DNA of 40,962 nucleotides from an uncultured Clostridia bacterium (lineage in GTDB: Bacteria > Bacillota > Clostridia > Oscillospirales > Oscillospiraceae): positions 1 through 40,962 of the forward strand of contig CAMKEK010000001.1 of assembly GCA_946411545.1 (NCBI GenBank), given 5' to 3'. Positions within the stretch are counted from its first letter, which is position 1. Every line of letters starts with the position of its first letter. The position numbers and the translations under genes are program-made. The notes under the pieces are model-generated. The model did no database searches. It saw nothing but the letters and a program-made list of their open reading frames with translations, and had not been told where the DNA came from. Shown in pieces: positions 15,915 to 24,296 of this stretch.

Positions 15915-17354
15915 CTCCCTGACATACATATCCAGCGGGTCAAAGAAAATCTTCTGCTCTCGTTTTTCCACAGGCCGCAGCGGCGTCACCGGCCTCGACA
16001 TACACAGATACCGCCACTCGTCCGCCACGTGGTCCTCCAGCTTCGTGTCCAGGTCCTCCGGCATCGTCGCGCTGTACATCATCTCCGGGATAGTCCGCAG
16101 GAAGGCCGCGCAGCTGCGGAACACATACATCCGCGGATACCCGCTCTCGTCGAACTGCAGCCGGTAGTGGCACTGCATCCAGCCGGGAATCCGCTGGTTG
16201 TCTCCCGGCGTGAAATAGATGCCGTACCGGGCCGCCGTCTCGGCCACGCTCTCGCCCCGGCTGGCGTCCCAGATGCTGGGGTCCGCCACGCCCTCAATGT
16301 GCCGGCCCTTCAGCCACGGATGCTCCCGCTCGATCCTGGAAATCTCCCGAAACTGCATGTCCGGGCTCCAGCGCAGCCCCTCGTTTGGCGTTCCGTTGCA
16401 GCCGTACAGCTCCAGAATCCGGTACAGCACGCCCTCATAGTCCACCGCCCACCAGGCGCAGCTGAAGGGCTTGCCGTATCCGAAGTCGTAAGAGCGCAGG
16501 ATCGTCCAGCCCCGCCGTTCCCCGCTTGCCAGGTCGAATGGCTCGATGACGTGGGTATATCGTCTCTGCTGCCGCAGCGTCTCCGGATCCTCGTCCGCCC
16601 CGGCCACATGTGCCGCCTGCAGGTCCGGCTCTATGTGGAAATCCTCGAAGAACTGCCCCTCGAAGATGTCCCAGCGCCCCTCCAGCCAGGCGGCCCGCAG
16701 CTTGGGCGGCAGCGCCTGCAGCTGCTGCAGATAGTCCGGGTTGGAGCGCATCAGCGCCTTGTTGTCCGTCACCAGCGCCTTGATGAAGGTGTAGTCCTCC
16801 GGTCTCTCGTCCGCCCGGAACTGCCGGTCGATGAACAGCCGCTTGACCCAGCTGTGCCCCGGCCCGCCCGGGTTCATGGTGTAATAGATCCGTTTGGGAA
16901 AGTCGTTGGCGCCGCGGACGATGGCCTTCAGCCGGTCCATCCGCTCCTCCGTCTGGTGGGTGGCCTCGTCGATGAACAGCACGTCCACCTCTGTGCCCTG
17001 AAAGCGCATGGCGTCCCGGTCGTTCTCGCAGTACCGGAACAGCAGCCTGCTGCCGTTTGGGAAGCTGATGGTCTTTTTCTGGTCGTTGTACCGGGCGATC
17101 CGCTGCCGCCGGTCCTGGTCATACACCCGCAGCATCTCGCACAGCGGCACAATGTGGTTTTCCTGCAGCTCCGGATAGCTCTGACGCACGATCATCACCT
17201 TGATCCCCGGATACTTCAGGCACAGCTGTGCAGCCTTCACCCGCACGGCCCAGCTCTTCCCGCCGCCTCGTGCCCCACCGTAGCCGATATACTTGTGCCG
17301 GTCCGTCAGGAAGAGCATCTGCTTCGGGCTCGGCCTCGGTATAAGCAGTTCCAT
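15912..17354 (-). CDS. terL: terminase large subunit
   Basis: Walker A GYGGARGGGKSW, Walker B VLFIDEATH, C-terminal nuclease-type EDHVADEWRYL. ATG at 17354 with GGAGG upstream, just after the terS stop. Confidence 0.9.
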   Translation of the reverse strand: MELLIPRPSPKQMLFLTDRHKYIGYGGARGGGKSWAVRVKAAQLCLKYPGIKVMIVRQSYPELQENHIVPLCEMLRVYDQDRRQRIARYNDQKKTISFPNGSRLLFRYCENDRDAMRFQGTEVDVLFIDEATHQTEERMDRLKAIVRGANDFPKRIYYTMNPGGPGHSWVKRLFIDRQFRADERPEDYTFIKALVTDNKALMRSNPDYLQQLQALPPKLRAAWLEGRWDIFEGQFFEDFHIEPDLQAAHVAGADEDPETLRQQRRYTHVIEPFDLASGERRGWTILRSYDFGYGKPFSCAWWAVDYEGVLYRILELYGCNGTPNEGLRWSPDMQFREISRIEREHPWLKGRHIEGVADPSIWDASRGESVAETAARYGIYFTPGDNQRIPGWMQCHYRLQFDESGYPRMYVFRSCAAFLRTIPEMMYSATMPEDLDTKLEDHVADEWRYLCMSRPVTPLRPVEKREQKIFFDPLDMYVRE

Positions 17355-17355
17355 A

Positions 17356-17952
17356 TCAGGCCTCCGCCCCGTCCGTATCCACGAAGCGCACCTCAATGGT
17401 GCCGCCGCCCGCGTCCTCGGCTTTCTGCCGGCGTCGGATCTCGTCGCCCTCCAGCCTCAGCTTCCGCAGCCGCTCCTTCGCCAGCTTCTGTCCCAGCTCC
17501 TGGGCCGGTGTGTTGATGCCGTAGAAGTCCCGCAGCAGGCCCGCAAGGGCGGTGATCACCGCCGCCATGTCCTTCATAGCCCTGGTGTCCCGCTTCTCGA
17601 AGGTCCGCTCCGTGGTCTCGCTCATGCCCTCTCCGCAGCCCTCCGTCACCACATAGCGCTGAAACTGCATCTCATCGGCCAGGGCGGCCACCGCGCTGTC
17701 CAGCAGCTGCTCCGTCCCGCTCATCAGGGTTTCCAATCGCGCGCGTCCGCGCTCGCGCGCCGCGTCAAGGGCACTCGTTGCCACCTCGGCCCGGAATTGT
17801 TTCCGTTTCTCGGCCCAGCCTCCGGCCGCCGCGGCCTTGCTCAGCGTGGAATAGCTGATCTTTTTCCGCTTGGCAAGCTCCCGCAGGCTCATGTCCCCCG
17901 CGATGTACTGCGCCTCGATCTTTGTCCAGTCCGTCATGCTCTCATCTCCCAC
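17356..17952 (-). CDS. terS: terminase small subunit (HTH type)
   Basis: N-terminal HTH (MSLRELAKRKKISYSTLSKAA), small size, directly upstream of terL. Start is either GTG at 17952 or ATG at 17937. Confidence 0.75.
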   Translation of the reverse strand: MGDESMTDWTKIEAQYIAGDMSLRELAKRKKISYSTLSKAAAAGGWAEKRKQFRAEVATSALDAARERGRARLETLMSGTEQLLDSAVAALADEMQFQRYVVTEGCGEGMSETTERTFEKRDTRAMKDMAAVITALAGLLRDFYGINTPAQELGQKLAKERLRKLRLEGDEIRRRQKAEDAGGGTIEVRFVDTDGAEA

Positions 17953-17968
17953 ATCGCCTTTTCCGTTT

Positions 17969-18005
17969 CAGTTTACCGTCTCCGTGTCCCGTTTCTCTAG
18001 GCCGC
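17969..18005 (-). promoter_or_regulatory. 37-nt conserved box, copy 2 (identical to 2019..2055), immediately upstream of terS
   Basis: 37/37 identity; preceded in the minus sense by a terminator and T6. Confidence 0.6.
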
Positions 18006-18037
18006 GAAAAAAGGACAGCGGCTTCTGGCCGCTGCCC
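18006..18037 (-). terminator. intrinsic terminator (minus sense) separating the early region from the packaging operon
   Basis: Minus strand GGGCAGCGGC-CAGAA-GCCGCTGTCC followed by T6. Confidence 0.75.
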
Positions 18038-18270
18038 TAATCGTCCGGATATTTCGTCTGCAGGATCATCCGGTAGATCTCGCACTTGCGATAATCCCCC
18101 GCGCAGAAGCATTCCAGCTGCCTCAGCCGGTCGCTCTGACGGCGAAAGCGCTGGGTGCTGGTTCCCTTCTCGTCCAGGATGCTCTCGCAGATGATAATCT
18201 TGTGCTTGAAGCTGTCGTGCTTGTAGAACGGGCACTTCATCGTCGCCGCGTTCCATCCCCCATCCGGCAT
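18037..18270 (-). CDS. small Cys-rich protein (77 aa), function unknown
   Basis: AAGGAGGAGAGG upstream of the ATG; six Cys residues (CPFY...ICE...CFCAGDYRKC). Confidence 0.55.
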   Translation of the reverse strand: MPDGGWNAATMKCPFYKHDSFKHKIIICESILDEKGTSTQRFRRQSDRLRQLECFCAGDYRKCEIYRMILQTKYPDD

Positions 18271-18317
18271 GATCCTCTCCTCCTTCTTCCCTGCTCATGC
18301 TTCGCCGGGGCCGACCG

Positions 18318-19157
18318 TCACCGGCCCGCCCCTGTTCTTCCCTTTTTGCCTCCCCTGCAAGGAGAGGTGCCGCCATCGGCAGCGGATGGATCTTTCCGTC
18401 TGGTCATGGTAATCCGACCGCCCCGCACCCGCGGCGCCTCCGGCAGCACGCAGCGCAGATAGCAGCTGGTGATGCGCCCGTCCTCGTCCGCGCTGCTCTC
18501 GTGGGCTTTGATCACGCTGCCCTTCTCCGCGTGCACGTCCTCCACGTCCTCCACCGGAACCGGCTCCGTATAGATCGGCTTGTCCAGGTTCCGGCTGACG
18601 TGGTAGTGCTTCTCGTTGGGCATCCCCCGCAGGTTACCGATCAGATAGGCCGCCATGTCGCTGTGGTCGCCCCGGTTGTCCAGCTGCTCCAGGTTGAAGC
18701 CGCCGCCCGTCCACAGTGTCCTTGCAAGCTCGATCCCGTCCCCCGGCACCAGCAGATGGTGGTGCAGCCTTGCCGGGCAGTCGTGCTTCGGGTTCCAGTT
18801 GGCGTTGACCAGGATGGTCTTCGGCGCCCGTCCGAAGGCTTTCCGGTACTCGGTCCGGAACTTCCGCATGAACTTCGCCGCGTATTCCTTGGCCGCCTGG
18901 AAGTCTGCCGGCAGATGCTCGTTATCGTACTTCAGCGCCAGGAAGCCGTCTCCCGCGTCGAAATTCATGTTGATCCGCCTGGCCAGGTCCCGCGCTGCGC
19001 TGATCTCGTTGGCCTTGATCTTCTTCTCGGAGGAACTGCCCGCCTTCCGCGCGCCCCGTCTCGGCCTGGGTTCTCCCTTTTCCCTCACCGGCATCCAGCT
19101 GCGCCGGATCTCCACCGTGCGTCCCGAGATGATCTTGTACTCCATCAGCTTCTTCAT
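18318..19157 (-). CDS. HUH-superfamily Rep/relaxase-like protein (putative)
   Basis: Motif-I-like FLALKY; His cluster KHDCPARLHHHLLVP, comparable in spacing to relaxase/Rep metal-binding motifs. Preferred start is MKKLMEYK at 19157. The C-terminal tail contains a family-2 element. Confidence 0.45.
   Translation of the reverse strand: MKKLMEYKIISGRTVEIRRSWMPVREKGEPRPRRGARKAGSSSEKKIKANEISAARDLARRINMNFDAGDGFLALKYDNEHLPADFQAAKEYAAKFMRKFRTEYRKAFGRAPKTILVNANWNPKHDCPARLHHHLLVPGDGIELARTLWTGGGFNLEQLDNRGDHSDMAAYLIGNLRGMPNEKHYHVSRNLDKPIYTEPVPVEDVEDVHAEKGSVIKAHESSADEDGRITSCYLRCVLPEAPRVRGGRITMTRRKDPSAADGGTSPCRGGKKGRTGAGR
18351..18390 (-). repeat. family-2 element inside the 3' end of the Rep-like gene
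   Basis: tcccctgcaaggagaggtgccgccatcggcagcggatgga. Confidence 0.55.
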
Positions 19158-19266
19158 CCTCTCTCTTCCCCCGTCTGTCTGTCCCCGCGTATGGAGCGAT
19201 CCCCTGATCGCTCCGCCGCCCCGGCCGATTCCCTGTCCTAAACTTAGCGGATAAAAGGTCCGATCA

Positions 19267-19288
19267 GAAACGCGCACGCGCGCGTTTC
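19267..19288. other. GC hairpin (9-bp stem) in the structured intergenic region upstream of the Rep-like gene
   Basis: gaaacgcgc-acgc-gcgcgtttc, followed by the AT-rich run aaatatag. Confidence 0.6.
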
Positions 19289-19304
19289 AAATATAGTGGG
19301 TCTC

Positions 19305-19336
19305 ATCCCCGCGCTTTTGTGGAAAAGCGCAGGGAT
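19305..19336. other. 14-bp-stem hairpin in the same intergenic region
   Basis: atccccgcgctttt-gtgg-aaaagcgcagggat (one mismatch). Confidence 0.6.
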
Positions 19337-19353
19337 CAAACTCACGCTGCCCT

Positions 19354-19377
19354 CTAAGCTCTAAGCACTGAAAACTG
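19354..19377. repeat. heptad stop repeat (CTAAGCT CTAAGCA CTGAAAA)
   Basis: TAA at 19355, TAA at 19362 and TGA at 19369 cover all three plus-strand frames; related to 26665..26688. Confidence 0.8.
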
Positions 19378-19402
19378 CGGCGCGCCGCATCGGCGCAGCC
19401 GC
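19371..19402 (-). terminator. intrinsic terminator (minus sense) directly after the zinc-ribbon gene
   Basis: Minus strand GCGGC-T-GCGCCG-ATG-CGGCGC-GCCGC followed by AGTTTT. Confidence 0.6.
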
Positions 19403-19612
19403 TCACTTCCCTGCCCGGCCCCGCTCGCCTCCGCCTGGACGCGCCCGGCTGTAAACCGGGCGCCTCCTTCCGTAATCTTCCCAGCTCCTCACCGTCTTCA
19501 CCTGCCAGCACCAGGGGCAGGTCTCGGTCCGCTCCGTGCCCGGCAGCTCCTCCAGGTCGTTTTGCTGTCCAAGCTTCCCGGCGCAGTCCCGGCAGGCGGT
19601 CAGAATCGTCAT
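19403..19612 (-). CDS. small zinc-ribbon protein B (69 aa)
   Basis: MTILTACRDCAGK...CPWC; ATGA start/stop overlap with paralogue A. Confidence 0.55.
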   Translation of the reverse strand: MTILTACRDCAGKLGQQNDLEELPGTERTETCPWCWQVKTVRSWEDYGRRRPVYSRARPGGGERGRAGK

Positions 19613-19779
19613 CCCTGTTTCCCTTTCTGTACATGGTACTGGTCCAGCACGATCTTCCGGCCGCACTGCTGGCAGGTCTCTGCCTTCTTTGTGGTGGTCT
19701 TTCCCAGCTTCTTCATTCGGTATCCGCCCACCCGGTAATCCTCCGCACATGCCTCACAAAGCGTCAGGATCGTGTTCAC
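19609..19779 (-). CDS. small zinc-ribbon protein A (56 aa), paralogue of B
   Basis: GGAGG, then 7 nt, then GTG; VNTILTLCEACAED...CQQCG. Confidence 0.55.
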   Translation of the reverse strand: MNTILTLCEACAEDYRVGGYRMKKLGKTTTKKAETCQQCGRKIVLDQYHVQKGKQG

Positions 19780-20213
19780 GCTCTCACCTCCACGCAGTTT
19801 TCTCCCGTAGGGGCCGTCGTCATCGACTGCCCGTATGAGATGGGGGAGACGGGGCCTGCGTTGGAGATGTGCAAGTCGTCCCCGCCGAAGCGCTCCCACA
19901 GTCTCCGGTTGTTCTCCTCCATCACCTGCATCACGCCCCGCAGCGTATTGAGAGTCGCCTCCTTCTCCTCGATCTCCTTCTCCAGTTCCTCAACCAGATC
20001 CTCGTCCCGCCGGTGCTGCCGGCGCAGGTTCCGGTTCTCCTCCTGCAGCGTCTCGATGGCGATGGCCTGATAGGTGTCCCGCTCGTTCAGCTGCTGAAAC
20101 CGGTCCTCCTGATCCTCCCGCAGGGCCTTTGCCGCCGCCGCGGTTCCCCGGGCGCTGCGCAGCTCCCGCTCCGCCTTCATCGCTCTCTTCTTCCAGTAAT
20201 GGTCAAAAATCAT
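19776..20213 (-). CDS. coiled-coil protein (145 aa), function unknown
   Basis: AAAGGAG 8 nt upstream of the ATG at 20213; heptad-rich charged sequence. The C-terminal 20 aa are encoded by a family-1 element. Confidence 0.6.
   Translation of the reverse strand: MIFDHYWKKRAMKAERELRSARGTAAAAKALREDQEDRFQQLNERDTYQAIAIETLQEENRNLRRQHRRDEDLVEELEKEIEEKEATLNTLRGVMQVMEENNRRLWERFGGDDLHISNAGPVSPISYGQSMTTAPTGENCVEVRA
19807..19833 (-). repeat. family-1 hairpin element, diverged, forming the 3' end of the coiled-coil gene
   Basis: GTAGGGGCCGTCGTCATCGACTGCCCG. Confidence 0.65.
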
Positions 20214-20227
20214 ATTCAATACTCCTT

Positions 20228-20437
20228 TCAGTGGTGAATCATCCCCCGGCCGCTCACCAGCTGCCGGTGTCTCTCGTTCTTCCTTGCCCGGATCGCCAGC
20301 ACCGCCATGGGCATGCCGTCCCGGTGCGCAAGCATCCGGCATTCCTCCGACGCAGCCTTCCATGCCGCGTAATCGCCGCAGCCTCCGTGGCAGCCCGTCT
20401 CCCGCTTCCCGCATCCGAAGCATGGTGCGGTTTTCAA
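20228..20437 (-). CDS. small Cys-rich protein (about 69 aa, TTG start), function unknown
   Basis: High third-position GC in this frame; CFGCGKRETGCHGGCGDY. The start is inferred only from its overlap with the upstream stop codon. Confidence 0.4.
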   Translation of the reverse strand: MKTAPCFGCGKRETGCHGGCGDYAAWKAASEECRMLAHRDGMPMAVLAIRARKNERHRQLVSGRGMIHH

Positions 20438-21054
20438 CAGCGCACCACCTCTCCCGTCTCCGGGTCGATCCGCAGCCCCGCCTTTTCCAGCAGCTCTTCC
20501 GATGACTCCCGCTCCAGATAGCTCACCGTGGTCCGCAGTTCCCTGCTCAGGTTCTCCAGGATTCCGGCCAGCTTCACCGGCTTCGGCAGCATGGGCATGA
20601 TCAACCCCACCAGGAACATCCCGCTCTTGGCCGCCAGATAGATCTGTCCGTACTCGGTCTCCCGCTCCCACAGCTCCACGCCGTCCAGATCCGCCAGCGG
20701 CTCCAGATACGCGGGGTTATAGAACCACAGGCCCAGGCTGGTCCGCGCCGGCGCGATCCAGCTGCCCTCCAGCTTGATTGCCACCTCGCTGTCCAGGATC
20801 ATCCGCTCCCCGTCCATGCTGTCCTCGTAGCAGTAGGGCGACGGCAGCAGCTTGTGTTCCACCTTGAACTCCCCGCGCTTTTCCTCCGGGATGTCCAGCA
20901 CCAGAAACACGGTCTCCTCGTCCAGCTCCGGCATCCCGTGCAGCGGATACATTGCCGCCCCGTCGCCCAGCCACTGGGTCCCGCCCCGCTCCTCGTCGCA
21001 TAACACGATATGCCTGCTCTTTCTGCACAGCTTTGCGATTTTCTTTAAGATCAT
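20434..21054 (-). CDS. hypothetical protein (206 aa)
   Basis: GGAGGG upstream of the ATG at 21054; non-repetitive, protein-like composition. Confidence 0.6.
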   Translation of the reverse strand: MILKKIAKLCRKSRHIVLCDEERGGTQWLGDGAAMYPLHGMPELDEETVFLVLDIPEEKRGEFKVEHKLLPSPYCYEDSMDGERMILDSEVAIKLEGSWIAPARTSLGLWFYNPAYLEPLADLDGVELWERETEYGQIYLAAKSGMFLVGLIMPMLPKPVKLAGILENLSRELRTTVSYLERESSEELLEKAGLRIDPETGEVVRC

Positions 21055-21064
21055 AGGCCCTCCA

Positions 21065-21253
21065 TTATCCGTCATTCACGCCGAAGCGCTGAATATACTT
21101 CTCCACGTCCTGCACCATGCGCCTGGCCTGCATCAGCAGGAAGGCCAGGTTCCCCCGCGCCTTCCCGCTGCTGTCCGTCTGGTCTTTCTCCAGCGCCGTC
21201 AGGATCTCCGCCGCCCGTTCCAGCTCTCTCAGGTACTGCTCCGCGCTTTTCAT
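21065..21253 (-). CDS. small helical protein (62 aa)
   Basis: ATGA overlap with the upstream gene; coding-like composition. Confidence 0.5.
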   Translation of the reverse strand: MKSAEQYLRELERAAEILTALEKDQTDSSGKARGNLAFLLMQARRMVQDVEKYIQRFGVNDG

Positions 21254-22299
21254 GTCTGGATCCCCACCCAGGGCGCCAGAATGGTTTTCAGCGCCCCGGC
21301 CAGCTTCGCGCCCGTCTCCGGGTCCTGCAGCTTCACCGCTTCCAGGCTGTCCCGCAGCGCTGCCAGCTCCCGCTGCACCGCCTTGAAGTGGAAGCCGAAC
21401 TCCGCAATGTCCTTGTTGGAGGCGGCCAGCTGTTTCCGTGCCTGTTCCAGCTCATTCCGGGCCGCCGCAGCCGTCAGCTCCGCCTCCCGCAGCTTTTCTG
21501 CGGTCTCTTCCCCGGCCTTTTCCGCCTTCTCCTTCTCCTTCTGCGCGGCGCGAAGCAGCTTGTCCTTCTCCTGCTCTGCCTTCTCCAGGTCCTTCTGCGC
21601 GACCTCCAGCCGCTTTTTCCAGGCCTCGTCCGCCTCTGCTCGGGCGGCGCTCGCCGCCTCCCGGATGGCCTCTTCATCCCGCTCAACGGCAACCGTCTGC
21701 GGCCTGGTCTCCAGCTCCCGGATGGTGTCCCGCGCAAGCCGCAGCTGCTTCTCCGCCTGCTCCAGCTCTTGCCTGGCCTCCTCCGCAGCCTTTTCCGCCT
21801 CGGCAGCCTGCGTTCTGTAGGGGCCGACGCCCTCGGCGGCCCGCTTCGCCTCCGCCTCCGCCGCGGCCTTCTCCTCCTTCAGCTTCCGGATCTCCTCCTT
21901 CAGCTCCTTCTCGCTCAGGCTCTCCGCGTCCACGCTCTCCGCGAACTCCTCCCGGTCACTTTCCGGCACGGAAAGCAGCAGCAAAGCCTTGGAAATCGGC
22001 AAATCCGAAATATATTTCGCATTTGTCTCCGGCCCGAAGAGCCCCAGCTGATCCGCCCCGTACTCACGGAAAATGCGCATGTAGTTCTGGGCGTGCCGGT
22101 CGGAGAAGGTCGTCTCCCTCTCCAGCCAGCCCAGCCATTCCCCGTGGCCCACCAGCTCCTTGGCCTCGCACAGCCGCCGCCCGATCTCGATCCCGCACAG
22201 CATCGTCACCCGCCGCCCGGTCTCCCAGATCATCCGGATCTCCGCCGCCACCGTCTCCGCCGTCCGTTCTCCCTGCCTTGTGGAAAGCTCTTCGTTCAT
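21250..22299 (-). CDS. DUF3102-like protein with long C-terminal coiled coil
   Basis: N-terminus reads IEIGRRLCEAKELVGHGEWLGWLERETTFSDRHAQNYMRIF, the pattern I associate with DUF3102. Confidence 0.6.
   Translation of the reverse strand: MNEELSTRQGERTAETVAAEIRMIWETGRRVTMLCGIEIGRRLCEAKELVGHGEWLGWLERETTFSDRHAQNYMRIFREYGADQLGLFGPETNAKYISDLPISKALLLLSVPESDREEFAESVDAESLSEKELKEEIRKLKEEKAAAEAEAKRAAEGVGPYRTQAAEAEKAAEEARQELEQAEKQLRLARDTIRELETRPQTVAVERDEEAIREAASAARAEADEAWKKRLEVAQKDLEKAEQEKDKLLRAAQKEKEKAEKAGEETAEKLREAELTAAAARNELEQARKQLAASNKDIAEFGFHFKAVQRELAALRDSLEAVKLQDPETGAKLAGALKTILAPWVGIQT
21817..21843 (-). repeat. family-1 hairpin element in frame in the DUF3102-like gene (RAAEGVGPY)
   Basis: GTAGGGGCCGACGCCCTCGGCGGCCCG. 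Confidence 0.9.
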
Positions 22300-24296
22300 G
22301 CGCTTTTAGCCTCCTTCATGTTTTCTTTCAGTCCCGGCTGGACGATTTTTTCCTCCCACCGGGTATAAAATGTCTTCACCCGGTCTCCCGGGTATCGGTC
22401 CTTCTCTCCATAGCACTGGATCACCTTGCCGTCCTTCAGTCCCAGCTCCAGCGTCGCAAAGGGCTTCTCCGGCTCCTTCTGTCTTCGGATGAAGAAGATC
22501 GCCGTGGTACCCATGGCCATCTTCTGCCCGTAGTTTGACCGGCCCACGCAGTGGCTCAGGATCTCGCCTTCACGGATAAGCTCCGCCTGGCTCGTTGCCG
22601 GTCGGATCTCCAGCCCCTTCCATGCCCATCGAAGACCTGCCAGCCGTTCTGCCGTCTTGGCTATCCCTTCGTCCCGCTCCCGGTTATCCAGGACGCGGCA
22701 CAGCGCTCTGGTTTCGTCGTGGGCCTGCCGCAGTCTCTTTGGCAGCAGCATCTGCAGGTCTTCCGTGTTCAGCCCCGCCCGATCCGCCATGGTCAGATAG
22801 TCCCGCCAAAGCCGCGCCGCAGCGTCTCCGCTCTCCAGCCTGGCATCCTTCATCTGCCTGCGGATATAGTTGAGGGCTTTCCGCAGACTCACGCTCTCCA
22901 GAACCTGCATCAGAGCAAGCACTTCCTCGCCCAGGCCCAGCTCCGCCATGTCCCGTACTTCGTCCTCCTTCGGCCGGATGTCCATCATGGCCAGCGTTCG
23001 CAGCCCGTACAGGGTTCCGCTTCCGCCGTTCACCCTGCGTAAAAGCTCCAGACTCTCCGCCGACACCCCCAGCCGTTCTGCGGCTGTCTGGCCTGGCTGC
23101 AGCCGTGCCTGGATCCGTCTGCTGTCCAGCAGCAGCTCTTCCGCCAGCCGGTACAGTCTTCCTTTGATCAGGTATTCCGTCTCCGGAATCTCTGCTGCCG
23201 TGCGGAAGATTGCCCCGGGTCTCCCCCTCAGTCCCTGCTCCGCCAGCGTCTCAAGTGGTGCACGCAGGCCAAGTCTCTCCCGGATCTGCTTCAGCCCCGT
23301 CGGAGCGATCCAGCTCACGCTCATGCTGTAATACTGCTGCTCCCGGTGAAAGCCGTCCACCTCCACCGCCCAGCAGCCTGTTCCTTTGTCGTAGCTTTCC
23401 CGTCCTTCGCCTGTTGCCGGATTGGAAAAGCCCCGATAGCTTTCCCACAGGATCAGCTCCCGCTTCACGCCGCCGGCTGCCGTGGCCTCTATGCTCAGTG
23501 CCGCCGTGACGCCCCGGACCAGGATCTCGTTCCCACGATCCTCGATCTTGGCTGTCCATTCCCGCTTCAGCATTCCATGGGATCGCTCCAGCTTCTTCCG
23601 GCTCCGGAATTCCGCTTCCGTCCCGCAGCGCAGGCATCTTCCCCGCTCGTACTCTCTGGCGTCCGGGTAAAGCGCCGCCTCTCCGCAATGGCTGCACCAG
23701 GCCCGCTGCTCTTTTCTCCCTGTGTATTCATAGAAAAGATATCGGTACTTCCGCAGCGGTCCCTCGATGCACCAGCGTTTAAACTCTTCTCCCAGCTCCT
23801 CGATCCCCTGGAAATCCTCCAGGATCGCCTGCCGCTGCCGCTCGTGCTTCTCTTTCAGTCTCCTCTCCCGGATGTCTCTGTGGAAAGCCGCCAGGGTCTC
23901 CCCCGGATTCTCTCCCGCCTCTCCGCCGCAGAAGTCTGTCACGGCCCGCTCGTCCCAGCTCAGGCCATACAGCGCCTCGCACTGAGTCCAGAACCGGTAT
24001 CCATAATCGTTGTCCGCTCCGTAATCGTACAGTCGGCCCGGCTCTCTCTTCCTGCCCGAATAGCTGTAGCTCTCTACCTGGAAGCACTGATATCCGTACT
24101 GATCCCCGTTCTGCCACCAGCGCCGCAGCGGCCGGTCATGCCCGTCGTATACCGTTACTCCCAGGATGCGCTCGCCCCCCAGCTCCTCAATCTGAGCCCG
24201 AAAGCGCAGCCATTTCTTTCGCCCCTCCGGAGCTCGCTGGGCAAGCTCCGGGCACGGCAGGGGCGGCAGCGCCGCCAGTTTCTTCTCGCCTCTCAC
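22296..24296 (-). CDS. PcfJ-like protein
   Basis: C-terminus reads LIREGEILSHCVGRSNYGQKMAMGTTAIFFIRR...PFATLEL...VIQCYGEKD, typical of the PcfJ domain; GTGA overlap with the upstream gene. Confidence 0.7.
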   Translation of the reverse strand: MRGEKKLAALPPLPCPELAQRAPEGRKKWLRFRAQIEELGGERILGVTVYDGHDRPLRRWWQNGDQYGYQCFQVESYSYSGRKREPGRLYDYGADNDYGYRFWTQCEALYGLSWDERAVTDFCGGEAGENPGETLAAFHRDIRERRLKEKHERQRQAILEDFQGIEELGEEFKRWCIEGPLRKYRYLFYEYTGRKEQRAWCSHCGEAALYPDAREYERGRCLRCGTEAEFRSRKKLERSHGMLKREWTAKIEDRGNEILVRGVTAALSIEATAAGGVKRELILWESYRGFSNPATGEGRESYDKGTGCWAVEVDGFHREQQYYSMSVSWIAPTGLKQIRERLGLRAPLETLAEQGLRGRPGAIFRTAAEIPETEYLIKGRLYRLAEELLLDSRRIQARLQPGQTAAERLGVSAESLELLRRVNGGSGTLYGLRTLAMMDIRPKEDEVRDMAELGLGEEVLALMQVLESVSLRKALNYIRRQMKDARLESGDAAARLWRDYLTMADRAGLNTEDLQMLLPKRLRQAHDETRALCRVLDNRERDEGIAKTAERLAGLRWAWKGLEIRPATSQAELIREGEILSHCVGRSNYGQKMAMGTTAIFFIRRQKEPEKPFATLELGLKDGKVIQCYGEKDRYPGDRVKTFYTRWEEKIVQPGLKENMKEAKSA

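Noticed and set aside
19158-19402. Minus-strand ORF 19287..19634 (115 aa), which spans the structured intergenic region
   Set aside because: The sequence is Arg/Gly/Pro-rich and junk-like. It runs through hairpins, heptad-stop repeats and a terminator, overlaps the better-supported zinc-ribbon gene in another frame, and has no RBS.
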